64,000 nt of DNA from Monocercomonoides exilis PA203. Its lineage: Eukaryota; Protista; Preaxostyla. How positions within the stretch are numbered: position 1 is the stretch's first letter; each line of letters starts with the position of its first letter. The stretch is taken from positions 186,001-250,000 of the forward strand of contig LSRY02000023.1 of the NCBI GenBank assembly GCA_001643675.2, read 5' to 3'. This document shows, one piece after another, positions 10,867 through 22,191 of this stretch. The notes under the pieces were generated by a model. It was not told the DNA's origin, ran no database searches, and worked only from the letters and a program-made list of their open reading frames with translations. The position numbers and the translations under genes are program-made.

Positions 10867-12874
10867 TTACTCTTCCTCCTCTTCCTCCTCCTCTTCCTCC
10901 TCTTCTCCTTCTTCGTATTCTTCTTCCTCTTCTTCCTCCACTGGAATGTCATCTGCTGATATTCCAGTCTCTTCTGCCTCTCTTCTGAGTTCTTCTTCCA
11001 AGTGCTTAATTTCATCCTCCATCTCCTTCGCTTTCGCTTCTGCATCTCTCTTCTCTTTCTCCTGCTCCTCTGCCTCCTTCCTCTTTCTCTTCTCTTCCTT
11101 CTTCTCTTCCTTCTTCTTCTTCTTCTCTTCTTTCTCCTTCTTCCTCTTCTCCTCCTCATCCTCCTCTCCCTCTTTCCCCTCATTCATCTCCTCCTTCGGG
11201 AGCTCTGGCAGCTCTTCTTCAATCTCCGGCAGTTCTGGCGGCTCCTCCAAATCTCCATCGATCTCTGGCAGTTCTGGTGGCGGCTCCATCATCAGCTCTT
11301 CCGGAGGCTCTGGCAGCTCCATCTCATCCAACGCACCCTCCACTGGCCCTTCCACTGGCTCCATCGCAGGCTCTGGTGGTAGCTCCTCATTCTCATTCTC
11401 CTTCTCCTTCTCTTTGTCTTTGTCCTTCTTCCCTTTCTTTTCCTTCTTCCCCTTTTTGTCCTTCTTGTCTTTCTTCTTCTTATCCTCTCCGTCGGTTGTC
11501 TCTTCTTCTCCTTCACTCGCTTTCACAGCATCCACTTCCTCCAATCTTCCTTCGCCTTCCTTCTTTCCTTCTTCCTCACTCTCGCTTCTGCTCTCCGAAT
11601 GCTCCCTCTGCATCTCCTCTTCGCCATCTCCGCTCTTCCCTTTCTTCTTGTCTTTGTCCTTCTTCTTCTTCTTGTCCTTTTCTTTCCCACTTTTTGTCAG
11701 CCCTTCGCCTTCTTCGCTGCCGTTCTCGCTGCCTCCTTCGCCTTCCTCCAGCTCAGGATGGTCCAAGCCGGTGACATCCTCCATCAGTGGTGATGTCTTC
11801 GGCGAAAGCACTTTGTCGTCAACCAGCTGCTTCAGCCGGGAATTCGCAGAGGAAGAAGAGGAAGAGGAAGAAGAAGAAGACGCAGACTCTCCATTGCTGT
11901 TAGTCTCCTCCTCTGAACCATTTGCTTCAGGCAGCGGAGGAGGCTTTAACTCAACTTCGTCTCCTTTCCAAGGAAGATCCATATCATCCAGCTTGGCGCT
12001 GATCCAATTAATCACTTTTTTCAGTCCATTTCCAGTTCGTGCAGAGATTGGTAAAACAATGCTGTTGAATTTGAAAATATAAATAAATAAATAAATAAAA
12101 GAAAAGATAACATTTTCAAATTTAAAAATAATTTGATGAATGTAATTGGTAAATAATTTGCTACAATGATTTGTGGAGTCAATGAAAAAAGTCAGACTGT
12201 GGAGACTTGGTGATTTCTTTCAATTGAAATAAGTCAGAAACTTCATTTGCACTTAATGCGCCTTTCACATCTTGTTTATTTGCTAATAACAAAAACGGTA
12301 AATTAGCAGCTCCTTCAACTTTCATCAACTTCTTTAATTCACAATAGCTACATGTTCCGCACTTATTCTGGCATCTCAAACGTGAAACATTCACAGAATC
12401 AACAACATAAACAATCAAATTGGTCGCTAGTCATTTAATTTGTAAAAAATAAGCAACTCGATAAATGTCATACATTTTATGTAGTAGCTCCATACAGAAC
12501 GATACTATTTACAAAAAAATGAAGATTTTCTAATACTCAATTAAAACTTCAAATAAATACCTTCTGTTGACCCGCTATATCAAAAAATGATAGTTCACAT
12601 CCATCTACAATGATAGTTTCGGTGTTGAATCCAACTATTATTCAGAATAGAAAAAACTTCACTTGAAAAATTCTCGAAAATTCTTTTTGCACACCTGTTG
12701 GAGTTGACTTGGCTGTTTTATTATTTAGCTACAAATTAATTAAATGACATCATCCAATGAAAAATGCAACTCATTAAAAAAATTGCAAACTTTTTTTATA
12801 AAAGTCGTTTTCCCTGAATCATCAATACCAAAAACAGTTGCCCTAGCAACTTTAAGAGAAGCACTGCACCCCAT
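10867..12874 (-). CDS. Arf-like (Arl) small GTPase with ~370-aa acidic/Lys/Pro-rich C-terminal extension; multi-exon
   Basis: Spliced frame reads MGCSAS..., G1 GIDDSGKTT, PTVGFN, G3 FDIAGQ, YVVDS, G4 LANKQD and G5 SARTG. The last exon runs in frame into ORF 10867-12015. Confidence 0.85.
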
Positions 12875-13576
12875 CTAGTTTCAAAATAAACAATTGACAT
12901 CGAAATGTGCATATAAAAATTGGATACACGGAAATTTTTTACACCTTTATTATAAAAACACAAACGATAAATAATAAACAATAAAAACTAAAGGGTCAGA
13001 GCTATAAATTAAGGGAAATCCTTTAATTTAATAAAGTTATTTAATCAATATATTTCTATTATTCTTTATTTATTTTCATCACAAAACATGAATAAATAAT
13101 TTGCTTTAAAAAAATTTTTTTAAAAAATACAAGAAGACCTTCAATTCGATTGAAAACAAGGAAATATTGTGTCTATTCTTTTTCTATAAGCATACATGTG
13201 ATTTAGATACAAATATATATATATTTCAAATCGGGATAACTCTTTCTACAAATAAACATCGTTTCACTTTTCCTTGTCGCAAAAGCTTTATCATAATATT
13301 CAACAAAATAATTGTTTGAAAAATCACGATTAAAAATTCAAATCTTTTAACTTAATAATTAGTGCAAACATTTTCAAATATATTAAACAGAAAAGTTTAA
13401 AGTGTATCTTTCAAATTATTTCTGAATAAATTTTTTTTTATAATTAGAAACGAACAGAAAAAAAAGGAAAGAATAAATTTGCATTTTTCAAAATTTCTCA
13501 AAATAATATGGGCGCGGGAATTTTTCATTTTCGTTTTTATCAACCATCCACTTCATTGGTGGGGTGCTCAGCCAAC

Positions 13577-16500
13577 ATGGAAGCTGCATTCAATATTGTT
13601 GCGTTGATATTGCTTATTGTTAACTGTTGTAATTGCGGAGGTATTTCAGAAAGACAAATCCAACAAAAATGGAACGAGGAGATGCAGAAAGGCAGGATCA
13701 GCGTTGAAGCACACAGCAACAAATATTACAATAATTTTTGCATTTATGTAGCTAAAAGTAAAAATGCAATTGACAATCACGTCTGTTGTATTCAAACTTG
13801 TCTAAATATCATCAACGCCTCTTTGTGCATGAGCCATCTCAATGTCATCCCTCTCAACAGTTGTCCACTTCTCACTTCCCAACGCTTCTCAGCTGCCACC
13901 ATCATCTCCTCCACTTGTCAAGTTCAACCGGCCACAAAATCTCCACTTTTCCTCTCTGCCCATGCCTCCCTCGCCCTCACAAACTTCTCCCTCACCACCC
14001 CCAAACCTGCCATCCTCTCCTTCCCCCTCTTCTCCACCCCAAATAATCTCCTCCCAGATGCACACTTCCCAATCCCTGCCTCCTTCTCCATCTCTCACTC
14101 TTCTTTCTCCTCATTCATCCCCCTCGTCCAGCCCTTCCTTTTTTCTCCTTCTTCCCTCTCTTCCCCATTTCCATTCCCTTCTCCATCTCCTTCCCTTTCC
14201 CCTTCTCCTTCATCTTCCTCATCTTCATCCTCATCCTCATCATCTTCTTTTTCTTTTTCTTCCCCTTCTCCTTCCCCTTCTTACTCCATTTTCTCTTCCT
14301 CTTCCCCTCTCCACATCCATCGCCAATCCCATCCCCACCTCCAAATCCACCTAAATCTCCATCTCTCAAACACCCTCTTCTCCAACATCTCCTCTCCCCA
14401 ATCCCATTCATCTCTTCAATCCATTCCTTCACACTCACTCAATTCATTCATCTCAACCACATCTTCCTTTTCTCTCTCTTCCACTTCCACCAACATCAAC
14501 ACCAATTCAATCCCCTCCTTCTCCCTTCGCTCATCTCTCTCCATCCACTCAACCATCTTCAAATACACTCACAACCCCATCGATGGAACCATTCTCCCCA
14601 ACCTCAACAGCCCATCCACTTCTCTCTCTGCATTTAACACCTCTTTCTTCAGCCAAACACGCTCTTTACCAAATGCTGCAAAGGTCTATGTCGGAACAGA
14701 ATCTCAAAGAAAAACTCCCGGAAGATTAGATTCATTCAACCAGAGTAGCTATCGTTTCGAATGGTGCGAATGGAATGATTCAAGTAGCGGGAGTGATCAT
14801 GGAGGTGCACTTTATGTTGTTTGTCCAGCTGCAAATCTCACAATCACTTCTTGCTCTTTTAACAATTGTTCATGTTCAGAGAATGGAGTGGGTGGAGCTT
14901 TATATTGTGGGCATTTGTTAAAAATTGATATCACAAAATCCAATTTCATAAGTTGTAATGCTTTGCATGGAGGAGCTGCTTTTGTTGGCTGGCCAGAATC
15001 AAATTCTATTTGGTTTTTCTCAGAAAGCAAGGCAGAGAGATGTTCAATAACAAATTGGTGTGGAACTGGCTGGTACTTTTGGCTCAATAACATGACTTCA
15101 AACGGTCAATTCCAATTTTTAAAATGTGATTGTTTTGCAAATTCTGGTGGCGATTCAACAGGTTCTTTGACTATTAATTTGCCTCCAGAAATCAAGTCAA
15201 GTCAATTTTTAGTAAATGAGTGTCAGTTTATAAATAATAAATTGACTGCTTCTTCTTCATATGGAGGTGCTGGATTGTGCTGCACCAGAACATTTACTTG
15301 GATGAATGGATTAAAATTCATATCATTCTGCTTCTTCGATGCCAATACAGCTGAAAATGGCAGAGGAAACGATGTGTTCTTCAATGAAAGTTACATCACT
15401 CAATCTCCATTCACAGAATGTATTTCAACGACCCCAACAAACAGAGTGTGGAATGCCGGAACAGCATCAAACGATGTGTACAACAGTTGGCTTCCTCTTA
15501 TCCCTTCGAGCAAAATAGTTGCGAACAGTGGAACAGATGCTGGCGGCTGTGGCAGAACACAGCAAATGCCATGCGCCACAATTGAGTATGCCCTCAGCGG
15601 ATTCATCCCCCTCCAAATCGCCCATCTCACCCTCCTCAACTCAATATTTGTTCCCACTCAGACTCTCACCTTCAATGCTGCTGAAACAAAAGTCACTGGA
15701 AATGGAACAACTGCCACCACCATCACATCCAGTGGAATTCCCCAACCACAAAACTCATATTCACAGTCATCACAATCAAGATCATCATTTTCTTCATTTT
15801 CATTATCCTCATCATCAACATCATCATCCCCCGATCCATTTGCCTCTTCTGCCCTCTTTGCGCAAACTCAGGGCTCCCTCACAATTTCTGCCCTCGACAT
15901 CGCCCACAACTCCTCAAACCTCATCACACCCATCCTCTTCCACCTCTCCGAAAACTCCCCTTCCCTCAACATCAACACAACCACCATCACTGGAACAACC
16001 CCATCTTCATCATCAATCACAACACCCCTTTTCTTCCTCACTGCTGGCTCCCTCGCCCTCAACCACACAGCAATCACCAGTCTCACCCTCAACAGCCAAA
16101 GCATCTTCCACCTCACCTCCCTCACCGCTCCCCTCACCCTCAACTCCTCCAACATCACCCACATCACCTCCACAGCCACCCCCACCAGCTGTGTCCTCTC
16201 CTCTGCCACCTCCCCTGCCCTCTCCCTCTCCTTCACCAACTGCACCATGACAAACATCGACTCAGCTCCGCAAAACCAACAGACTGCCACAAATGGCGGG
16301 TGCATCTCATTCGCCTCATCTGCCCCTACAAACACATTTTCTGTGAGTGACACCACCTTCTCCACCTGCTCTGTGAGCGAGGATTCAAGTTCTGGAGGAA
16401 GAGGCGGTGCTCTCATGATCGAGTACAAGGATAAGTCACAAGTGTCAGAATCCTCCTTTTCCATCACCAATATCGTGTTTTCAGGCAACAAGGCCAGTGT

Positions 16501-19500
16501 CGGAAGAGATATGTATTTTGTGTGCGAATCCCTTGTCGCTTGTGTGAAAGAGCCCTTGTTCGCCTTCATGAGAAGCATCGATCAAAAGGACAATTCGATT
16601 GTTGGACATGACAGAACAGAGGCATTCGGTGATTGGAATGTCAATTTATTCATATTTTTTGATGGATACTTTGCTGACTCAGTGTATGTTGATGGAGCAT
16701 CTGGTGTCGAAAAGGTGTATTGCGGTCTGGAGAAAGCACCATGCAAGAGCATGAATTATGGGATTGAACATCTGAAGCGAACGCAGAATGTTAAACAAGA
16801 AATTGTTGTAAGTTCAAATTCGTTGATGGTGGGGTGTTTGGATGTTGGAGGAATGTGTATGAAGGCAAAAACTGAGACAATTGTGGAGATTGAATGCCAA
16901 AGTGATATTAGTGGCTCTGAAGGAGAATGTGTTCTGAAATCTACATCTCTGACAGAAATGGAGTTCATTGGGATTGTTGTTCCATCGAGTTTTAGTAGAA
17001 CAATCTCAACAGTGATCGAATCAAGCACTCAAAATGGCGAGCTGCACATGAAGAACTGCGCAATGAGTGTGATTGGAGGGAAACAAAACACGATAGGATT
17101 TTTCTTGATCAAATCAACAGGGAAGATGGTTGAGCTGGACACTGTAAGAATTTCAGATGTGAAATCAACAGTTTCGGTATTTTCATTTTCATTTTCTTCT
17201 GGAAGTGTGAATGAAGGAGAGAGCGAAGGAGAATTTAGAGTGAAACTGTTGAATTGCACAATTGAAAAATGCAACTTTGAGTGTTCATTCGGTGAATCTC
17301 CATTGATGATATCTTCTTCCGTTTTGTTTGAAAACAATAACTTTTCAAATATTGAAAATGCAGGCAGTGGAGAAGGAGGGGTTGCAAATATCGCATTGAA
17401 AGATGATGAGAAAATTGAGATAAAGTCTTCAAATGTATCATCTTGTTCACTGTTAACAACAAATGGAAAAGGAGGATTCCTGTATTTGGATTGCCAAAAT
17501 TGTTTGAAGGAAAAGCCATTTGTTTTTGAAAACGTCTCGTTTGCAAACAACAATGCAGCCATTGGAAAGAATATGTTCATTTTGGGAAAGGATTTTAATT
17601 CTTCTGTGACAAATGCTTCGTTCAAGTTTGATTACTCGTCAATGACAAATGACAAAACTCTGTTTGTTGGAAGTGATTATTTTCATCAAGAAAAGGATTT
17701 GTTCATGTTTCTGATTCCATACTGCTCATTTGAGATATTTATCTCATCAGAAGGATTTGATGTTGCAAGATGTGGAAGTGAGGAAGAGCCTTGTTTCACA
17801 ATGTGGAAAGGGATGAAAAACATGAAAAAGGAAAGTGGAATGAAAACAATTCAGATTGAAGGATCAACCATTATTCGAGATTCATTCAACATGTCCAATT
17901 ATCAGATCAAAAAAGCATCATCGATGGGAGAAGAGAATGCGAATGCAGTATTGAATGTTGAAAAGGCAATTGGAAATCAACTGGAATATTTCATGGAAAA
18001 TGATGATCATCTTGAATTGATGAATATCCAACTGAAACTGTCAACTGGATTTGACAACTCAGTCAAAACGATTATTTCAAGCAGAGCTGGTGAGTTGGCG
18101 ATAACTGGATGTTCATTCCATTCAGAAGCGGGAGTGAACAATGGATTTGATTGTGTGTTTGTGAATGCGATTGGAGGCAGTGTGGACGTGAATGATCTGT
18201 CGATTGAATCTAGCAATATTGGAAACAGTATTTTTGCAATTAATAATACTGGAGTTTCTTGCCAATTGGTGAATGTTCGAGTGGAATCGTTGAATGAAAG
18301 TGGTGGTTGCATTTTATCAATCAAGAAATCTGAGCCAGGATTGAAGAAAAATGGAGAAAATGAAGGAACAAATATTGAGATTGAAAAATCATCATTTTCA
18401 GGAGTGAAGATGAGCGACAATGGAGCGAGTTTTTTGGAGTCAAAGAGTGAGAATAAGATTTGTTTGGTTGTGAATTCGAGCAACATCACAGAAGACAAAG
18501 CAGAAACAAGTGAAAAAGGAGGGGCGATATTCTTCACATTGGGAAAGTTTGGATCAATGAAGATGATTGACTCAACAATCAGCCATTGCAGCAGCAGTAT
18601 TAATTCAGGGAAAGGAGGAGGAGTGTATTTGGCAACAAAGGAAACAGGGGTTTTGAATTTCACATTTGTGGGAATGAAATTCAGCGCAAACACGGCAAAA
18701 GTGGGGAATGACATTTTCATTGAATGCTTCAATATTTCTTCTCAAATAAATGAAAGCCAATTTCGATTTGATCTCAGAGAAGGCCATTATTCACGAATAA
18801 ATGCAATATATGGAAAAGATGAATGTGATTATCCAATCGATACGGATCTGATTGATTTTGTGACGATCCATCAGAGTGACACAATCATTGTGAGCAATGT
18901 TAATGGATCGAATGAGAAGCAATGTGGAACAAATGCTCTTCCATGCTATTCGATTGAGCATGGGTTGGTGCATCTGACATCTGAATATGTGAGCCAAATA
19001 CTCATTGTTGAAGAGAGTGTGATTGGAAAAGAAATAAATCTGGAGGAGATGAGTTTGAGTTCGAAGAGCAGAGTTATATGCAAAGTTGAAGTGAAATCTG
19101 AAATTGAAAGCACAAGAGAGGCATTGGTGACAACAGCTGGAACAGTCTCATTGTTGAGAGTGAGTTTTGTGTTTGATTCGAATTTCATCTCTTCACATGA
19201 AACACTGATATCACCAGAAGGAGGGATTCTAGAAATTATGAATTGTTCATTCACCTCAAAACAATTGATAGAAGAAGGAAATGCAGAATTAGCAAACATT
19301 CCATTTCACATTATTCAAATGTCAAAAGGAGAATTACAACTTGATGGATGCACAATGTCAAATCTCATTCTTCAAAAATCTGCTTTGCATCTTTCATCAC
19401 AACTTCCATCAGAAATTGATTCATTAACGATTTGCAATTCAACAATTTCTCATTCGGTTATTAAAATCATTGGATGTGGTCAATTAACAATTAAGAATTT

Positions 19501-21802
19501 TAACACAGAAAACATAACAGATGAAGGAAATGAAGAATCATTGATATCGTGCCTATCAATGAAAAAGACAATTCAATTGGCAAATTGCACAATAGGTGGA
19601 GTCAGTTCAAAAACTTCAAAAGGAAAATTGATGAAATTGGAGAATAGCTTAGATATTAAAATGGACATCTGCGTGTTTGATGGAGGAACAAAGGAAAGGA
19701 ACGAGCAATATTTGAATGTTGAAGAGGAGATGTGCAGATGGGATGGATCTCTTGTGGATGTTGTGAAGAGTTCTGTGATGATGAAAGACACAACAATATC
19801 AAATTCACCAGATGGTGGAATAACAATGAGTGGAGGAAATGTGATAATTGAAGCAGGGAATTTCTCAAACAATAATCCATCGATTGAAGGATATCCATCA
19901 CTGAGAAGAAACATCATCTGTTCAGATTCTGGAACATTGAATGTGATGAGTTTGAAAGGAGGAGATGGAGTTTTGCCAAATGCATCTCTTTGGATGTTGA
20001 ATGATGGGTGCAGTTTTGAAGGGATTGTTTCTGAGAGGGATTCCTCATTCTTCATTCCTGTTCTGAAGAGTGTGGAAGCAAAAGAAGAAGCAAACAGAAT
20101 GAAGCTGACATTCAAAGGGATGCTTCTTATTCCATGCAATCTGACCTTCTCAGTTGTGAAGAGTCTTGGAGAAGAGAAAGAGATCGAAAAATATGATTTT
20201 GATTCAAATGGATTCTTGTCAGAAAGAGAAGCAGAAGGAAGCGTTGCAAAGGATCTCATCAGCAGTTGTGGAAATGAAATCGAAGTGAGTGTGCATATCT
20301 TATTCGAAGTAAATGATAATCCTTCATCAACGCAATCATTCATTCTGAAAAACAGAAGTGAACCTGAACCAAAAGGAGATGAAAGGACTGTTGAAGGAAA
20401 TAAAGAAGGAAAATCTTCATGGGCATTGGTTGTGATTTTGATATTTGCAGTGCTGTTTGTTATTGCTTTGATTGGATTTATAATATTTGTTGTTCGATGG
20501 AGAAAGCAAAAGAGAAGAACAGAAGAATTGGAGATAATTGTGGAAGACACAGTGAAAAAGGATCCAAAGCTGATTGAGATGGTGACGATGGAGATGTCGC
20601 CAGAGGAGCAGTGGCGAAGAGCAGAAAGAGAGGCAGAGAAGAAGAACGAGGAGAATGCAAAGAGGAGGATGTGTGGAAAGAAGATGGCACATTCGGAGTC
20701 TGAAGAGTATTTGCTGAGCGAGAGTGGATCAACAGAATACATTCTTGGGAAAGATTCAGACAAGATCCCAGAATGGGCACTGGAAAAGGTTGAGGAAGAA
20801 GAGACAAGAAAGAGATCACCATCACCATCAATCTCATCAACTTCCACAACAGATACTTCAGACACAGACACAACATTTGTTCGATCGGAGAGTCTGTGCC
20901 CGACCACCTCATCGATGTCGAATCTGGTGGATGCAATGGCCTGTTCATCGCCTCATGAGAAGCTGATTGTGGACTTAAGGGATTCATTGTTCATGCTACT
21001 GCATGGAAGAAACGAGAAGAAAGAGATGGCTATTGACACTTTGCAGGAGCGGGAGATGACAGCAGCTCAAGTTCTGTTCTGGGTGGCTAACCTCGCGCTG
21101 CACGTCTTCGACGAAATGGAAAACCCGCTCCGATCGCTAGCCAATCTGAGTCCGCATATTGTGCTGTTCTCAGAACACATGGTGATCTGCATTGCCCTCC
21201 ACTCAGACTTTTCATCTGATGATTCAGATTCATCGTCTATTTTTTCGTCGTCGTCCATTGTGACATCTGCGTCTGATTGCTCATGTGCGAATAAGAAAGG
21301 AAGAGTCTCGCCTCCGCCTTCGTCAGCGTTTGAGGATGATGAGGACAACAAATTAGAAAGCTTGAGATGGAAGGCGCCAGAGCTGCTGATGAACAAGAAG
21401 ATGGAAGCTACAAAGGAGTCGGTGGCATTCTCGATTGGGATGATGCTGTGGGAGTGCCTGACGCTGGAGATCCCGTTTGGGGAGTACATGGCAGAGACAG
21501 CAGGAGATAAGATTGTGAATGGGGAGAGGCCTGCAAATGGAGCAGAAAGGGAGTCATCGTTGTTTGAGTGCATGAGGTCGTGCTTGAGCCAAGAAGCAGC
21601 AGATCGGCCGAAGCTGATGGAATTGAAGCGGGAGTTCATCCAGCGATTTCCGGCAGGGGCAGTGGCAGTTACGATTTCAGATGCAGTTGATTATGAATGC
21701 TCTTCGAATTGCGTGGAGGAAAATGAAGAGAGCAAAGAAAGTGATGGATCTGATGGATCTGATGGGAGCAGTTCAAAGACGCTTCTTGTAAAAGAAAAAT
21801 GA
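13577..21802 (+). CDS. Giant type I membrane receptor-like protein: signal peptide, beta-helix (pectin-lyase/Pmp-like) Cys-rich ectodomain, single TM, degenerate kinase-like C-terminal domain
   Basis: MEAAFNIVALILLIVNCC signal-like N-terminus (ATG 13577; ORF open from 13508). Repeated GGA[LI], FxxNxAxxGxD and CGxxxxPC modules. TM WALVVILIFAVLFVIALIGFIIFVV at ~20419-20495. Kinase C-lobe motifs RWKAPE, FSIGMMLWE, IPF and DRP. Confidence 0.85.
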   Translation: MEAAFNIVALILLIVNCCNCGGISERQIQQKWNEEMQKGRISVEAHSNKYYNNFCIYVAKSKNAIDNHVCCIQTCLNIINASLCMSHLNVIPLNSCPLLTSQRFSAATIISSTCQVQPATKSPLFLSAHASLALTNFSLTTPKPAILSFPLFSTPNNLLPDAHFPIPASFSISHSSFSSFIPLVQPFLFSPSSLSSPFPFPSPSPSLSPSPSSSSSSSSSSSSSFSFSSPSPSPSYSIFSSSSPLHIHRQSHPHLQIHLNLHLSNTLFSNISSPQSHSSLQSIPSHSLNSFISTTSSFSLSSTSTNINTNSIPSFSLRSSLSIHSTIFKYTHNPIDGTILPNLNSPSTSLSAFNTSFFSQTRSLPNAAKVYVGTESQRKTPGRLDSFNQSSYRFEWCEWNDSSSGSDHGGALYVVCPAANLTITSCSFNNCSCSENGVGGALYCGHLLKIDITKSNFISCNALHGGAAFVGWPESNSIWFFSESKAERCSITNWCGTGWYFWLNNMTSNGQFQFLKCDCFANSGGDSTGSLTINLPPEIKSSQFLVNECQFINNKLTASSSYGGAGLCCTRTFTWMNGLKFISFCFFDANTAENGRGNDVFFNESYITQSPFTECISTTPTNRVWNAGTASNDVYNSWLPLIPSSKIVANSGTDAGGCGRTQQMPCATIEYALSGFIPLQIAHLTLLNSIFVPTQTLTFNAAETKVTGNGTTATTITSSGIPQPQNSYSQSSQSRSSFSSFSLSSSSTSSSPDPFASSALFAQTQGSLTISALDIAHNSSNLITPILFHLSENSPSLNINTTTITGTTPSSSSITTPLFFLTAGSLALNHTAITSLTLNSQSIFHLTSLTAPLTLNSSNITHITSTATPTSCVLSSATSPALSLSFTNCTMTNIDSAPQNQQTATNGGCISFASSAPTNTFSVSDTTFSTCSVSEDSSSGGRGGALMIEYKDKSQVSESSFSITNIVFSGNKASVGRDMYFVCESLVACVKEPLFAFMRSIDQKDNSIVGHDRTEAFGDWNVNLFIFFDGYFADSVYVDGASGVEKVYCGLEKAPCKSMNYGIEHLKRTQNVKQEIVVSSNSLMVGCLDVGGMCMKAKTETIVEIECQSDISGSEGECVLKSTSLTEMEFIGIVVPSSFSRTISTVIESSTQNGELHMKNCAMSVIGGKQNTIGFFLIKSTGKMVELDTVRISDVKSTVSVFSFSFSSGSVNEGESEGEFRVKLLNCTIEKCNFECSFGESPLMISSSVLFENNNFSNIENAGSGEGGVANIALKDDEKIEIKSSNVSSCSLLTTNGKGGFLYLDCQNCLKEKPFVFENVSFANNNAAIGKNMFILGKDFNSSVTNASFKFDYSSMTNDKTLFVGSDYFHQEKDLFMFLIPYCSFEIFISSEGFDVARCGSEEEPCFTMWKGMKNMKKESGMKTIQIEGSTIIRDSFNMSNYQIKKASSMGEENANAVLNVEKAIGNQLEYFMENDDHLELMNIQLKLSTGFDNSVKTIISSRAGELAITGCSFHSEAGVNNGFDCVFVNAIGGSVDVNDLSIESSNIGNSIFAINNTGVSCQLVNVRVESLNESGGCILSIKKSEPGLKKNGENEGTNIEIEKSSFSGVKMSDNGASFLESKSENKICLVVNSSNITEDKAETSEKGGAIFFTLGKFGSMKMIDSTISHCSSSINSGKGGGVYLATKETGVLNFTFVGMKFSANTAKVGNDIFIECFNISSQINESQFRFDLREGHYSRINAIYGKDECDYPIDTDLIDFVTIHQSDTIIVSNVNGSNEKQCGTNALPCYSIEHGLVHLTSEYVSQILIVEESVIGKEINLEEMSLSSKSRVICKVEVKSEIESTREALVTTAGTVSLLRVSFVFDSNFISSHETLISPEGGILEIMNCSFTSKQLIEEGNAELANIPFHIIQMSKGELQLDGCTMSNLILQKSALHLSSQLPSEIDSLTICNSTISHSVIKIIGCGQLTIKNFNTENITDEGNEESLISCLSMKKTIQLANCTIGGVSSKTSKGKLMKLENSLDIKMDICVFDGGTKERNEQYLNVEEEMCRWDGSLVDVVKSSVMMKDTTISNSPDGGITMSGGNVIIEAGNFSNNNPSIEGYPSLRRNIICSDSGTLNVMSLKGGDGVLPNASLWMLNDGCSFEGIVSERDSSFFIPVLKSVEAKEEANRMKLTFKGMLLIPCNLTFSVVKSLGEEKEIEKYDFDSNGFLSEREAEGSVAKDLISSCGNEIEVSVHILFEVNDNPSSTQSFILKNRSEPEPKGDERTVEGNKEGKSSWALVVILIFAVLFVIALIGFIIFVVRWRKQKRRTEELEIIVEDTVKKDPKLIEMVTMEMSPEEQWRRAEREAEKKNEENAKRRMCGKKMAHSESEEYLLSESGSTEYILGKDSDKIPEWALEKVEEEETRKRSPSPSISSTSTTDTSDTDTTFVRSESLCPTTSSMSNLVDAMACSSPHEKLIVDLRDSLFMLLHGRNEKKEMAIDTLQEREMTAAQVLFWVANLALHVFDEMENPLRSLANLSPHIVLFSEHMVICIALHSDFSSDDSDSSSIFSSSSIVTSASDCSCANKKGRVSPPPSSAFEDDEDNKLESLRWKAPELLMNKKMEATKESVAFSIGMMLWECLTLEIPFGEYMAETAGDKIVNGERPANGAERESSLFECMRSCLSQEAADRPKLMELKREFIQRFPAGAVAVTISDAVDYECSSNCVEENEESKESDGSDGSDGSSSKTLLVKEK

Positions 21803-22191
21803 GATGGTGGAATAAAAAAAAATGCATATTTTTTTTATCTTTTTTATTGAAATGCATTTTGTATTTATTGTTTGCGTGCATGTATATTCAACAAGTTGTT
21901 GTTCGTTTGAAATATATTTTACAATTTTTTTGTTTCAACTTTTTCTTTTTTGATTACAAATCGCCTTTTTTCGTTGATGTTGATGTGTGGTTTACATTAT
22001 ATTATATATTTATATATGTACTTCCAATTACAATTCTTATTCACCCTTCCTGTGACAATTAGCACAAACACACCACCAGTTTGTTGAGTTGAGTAATATT
22101 TCAGTTTTCTTGAAATGAAAATGTTTTTTTCACAATAACCGTAAATTTTTTCTTTTCATCAACAACATGAGAGTTTTCAAGAGAAAAACTA

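Noticed and set aside
10946-12082. Long antisense ORFs (also 1348-2553, 1988-3115, 19573-20907, 27358-27903, 40596-41378)
   Set aside because: These are shadows of low-complexity or biased coding sequence on the opposite strand and carry no independent motifs.
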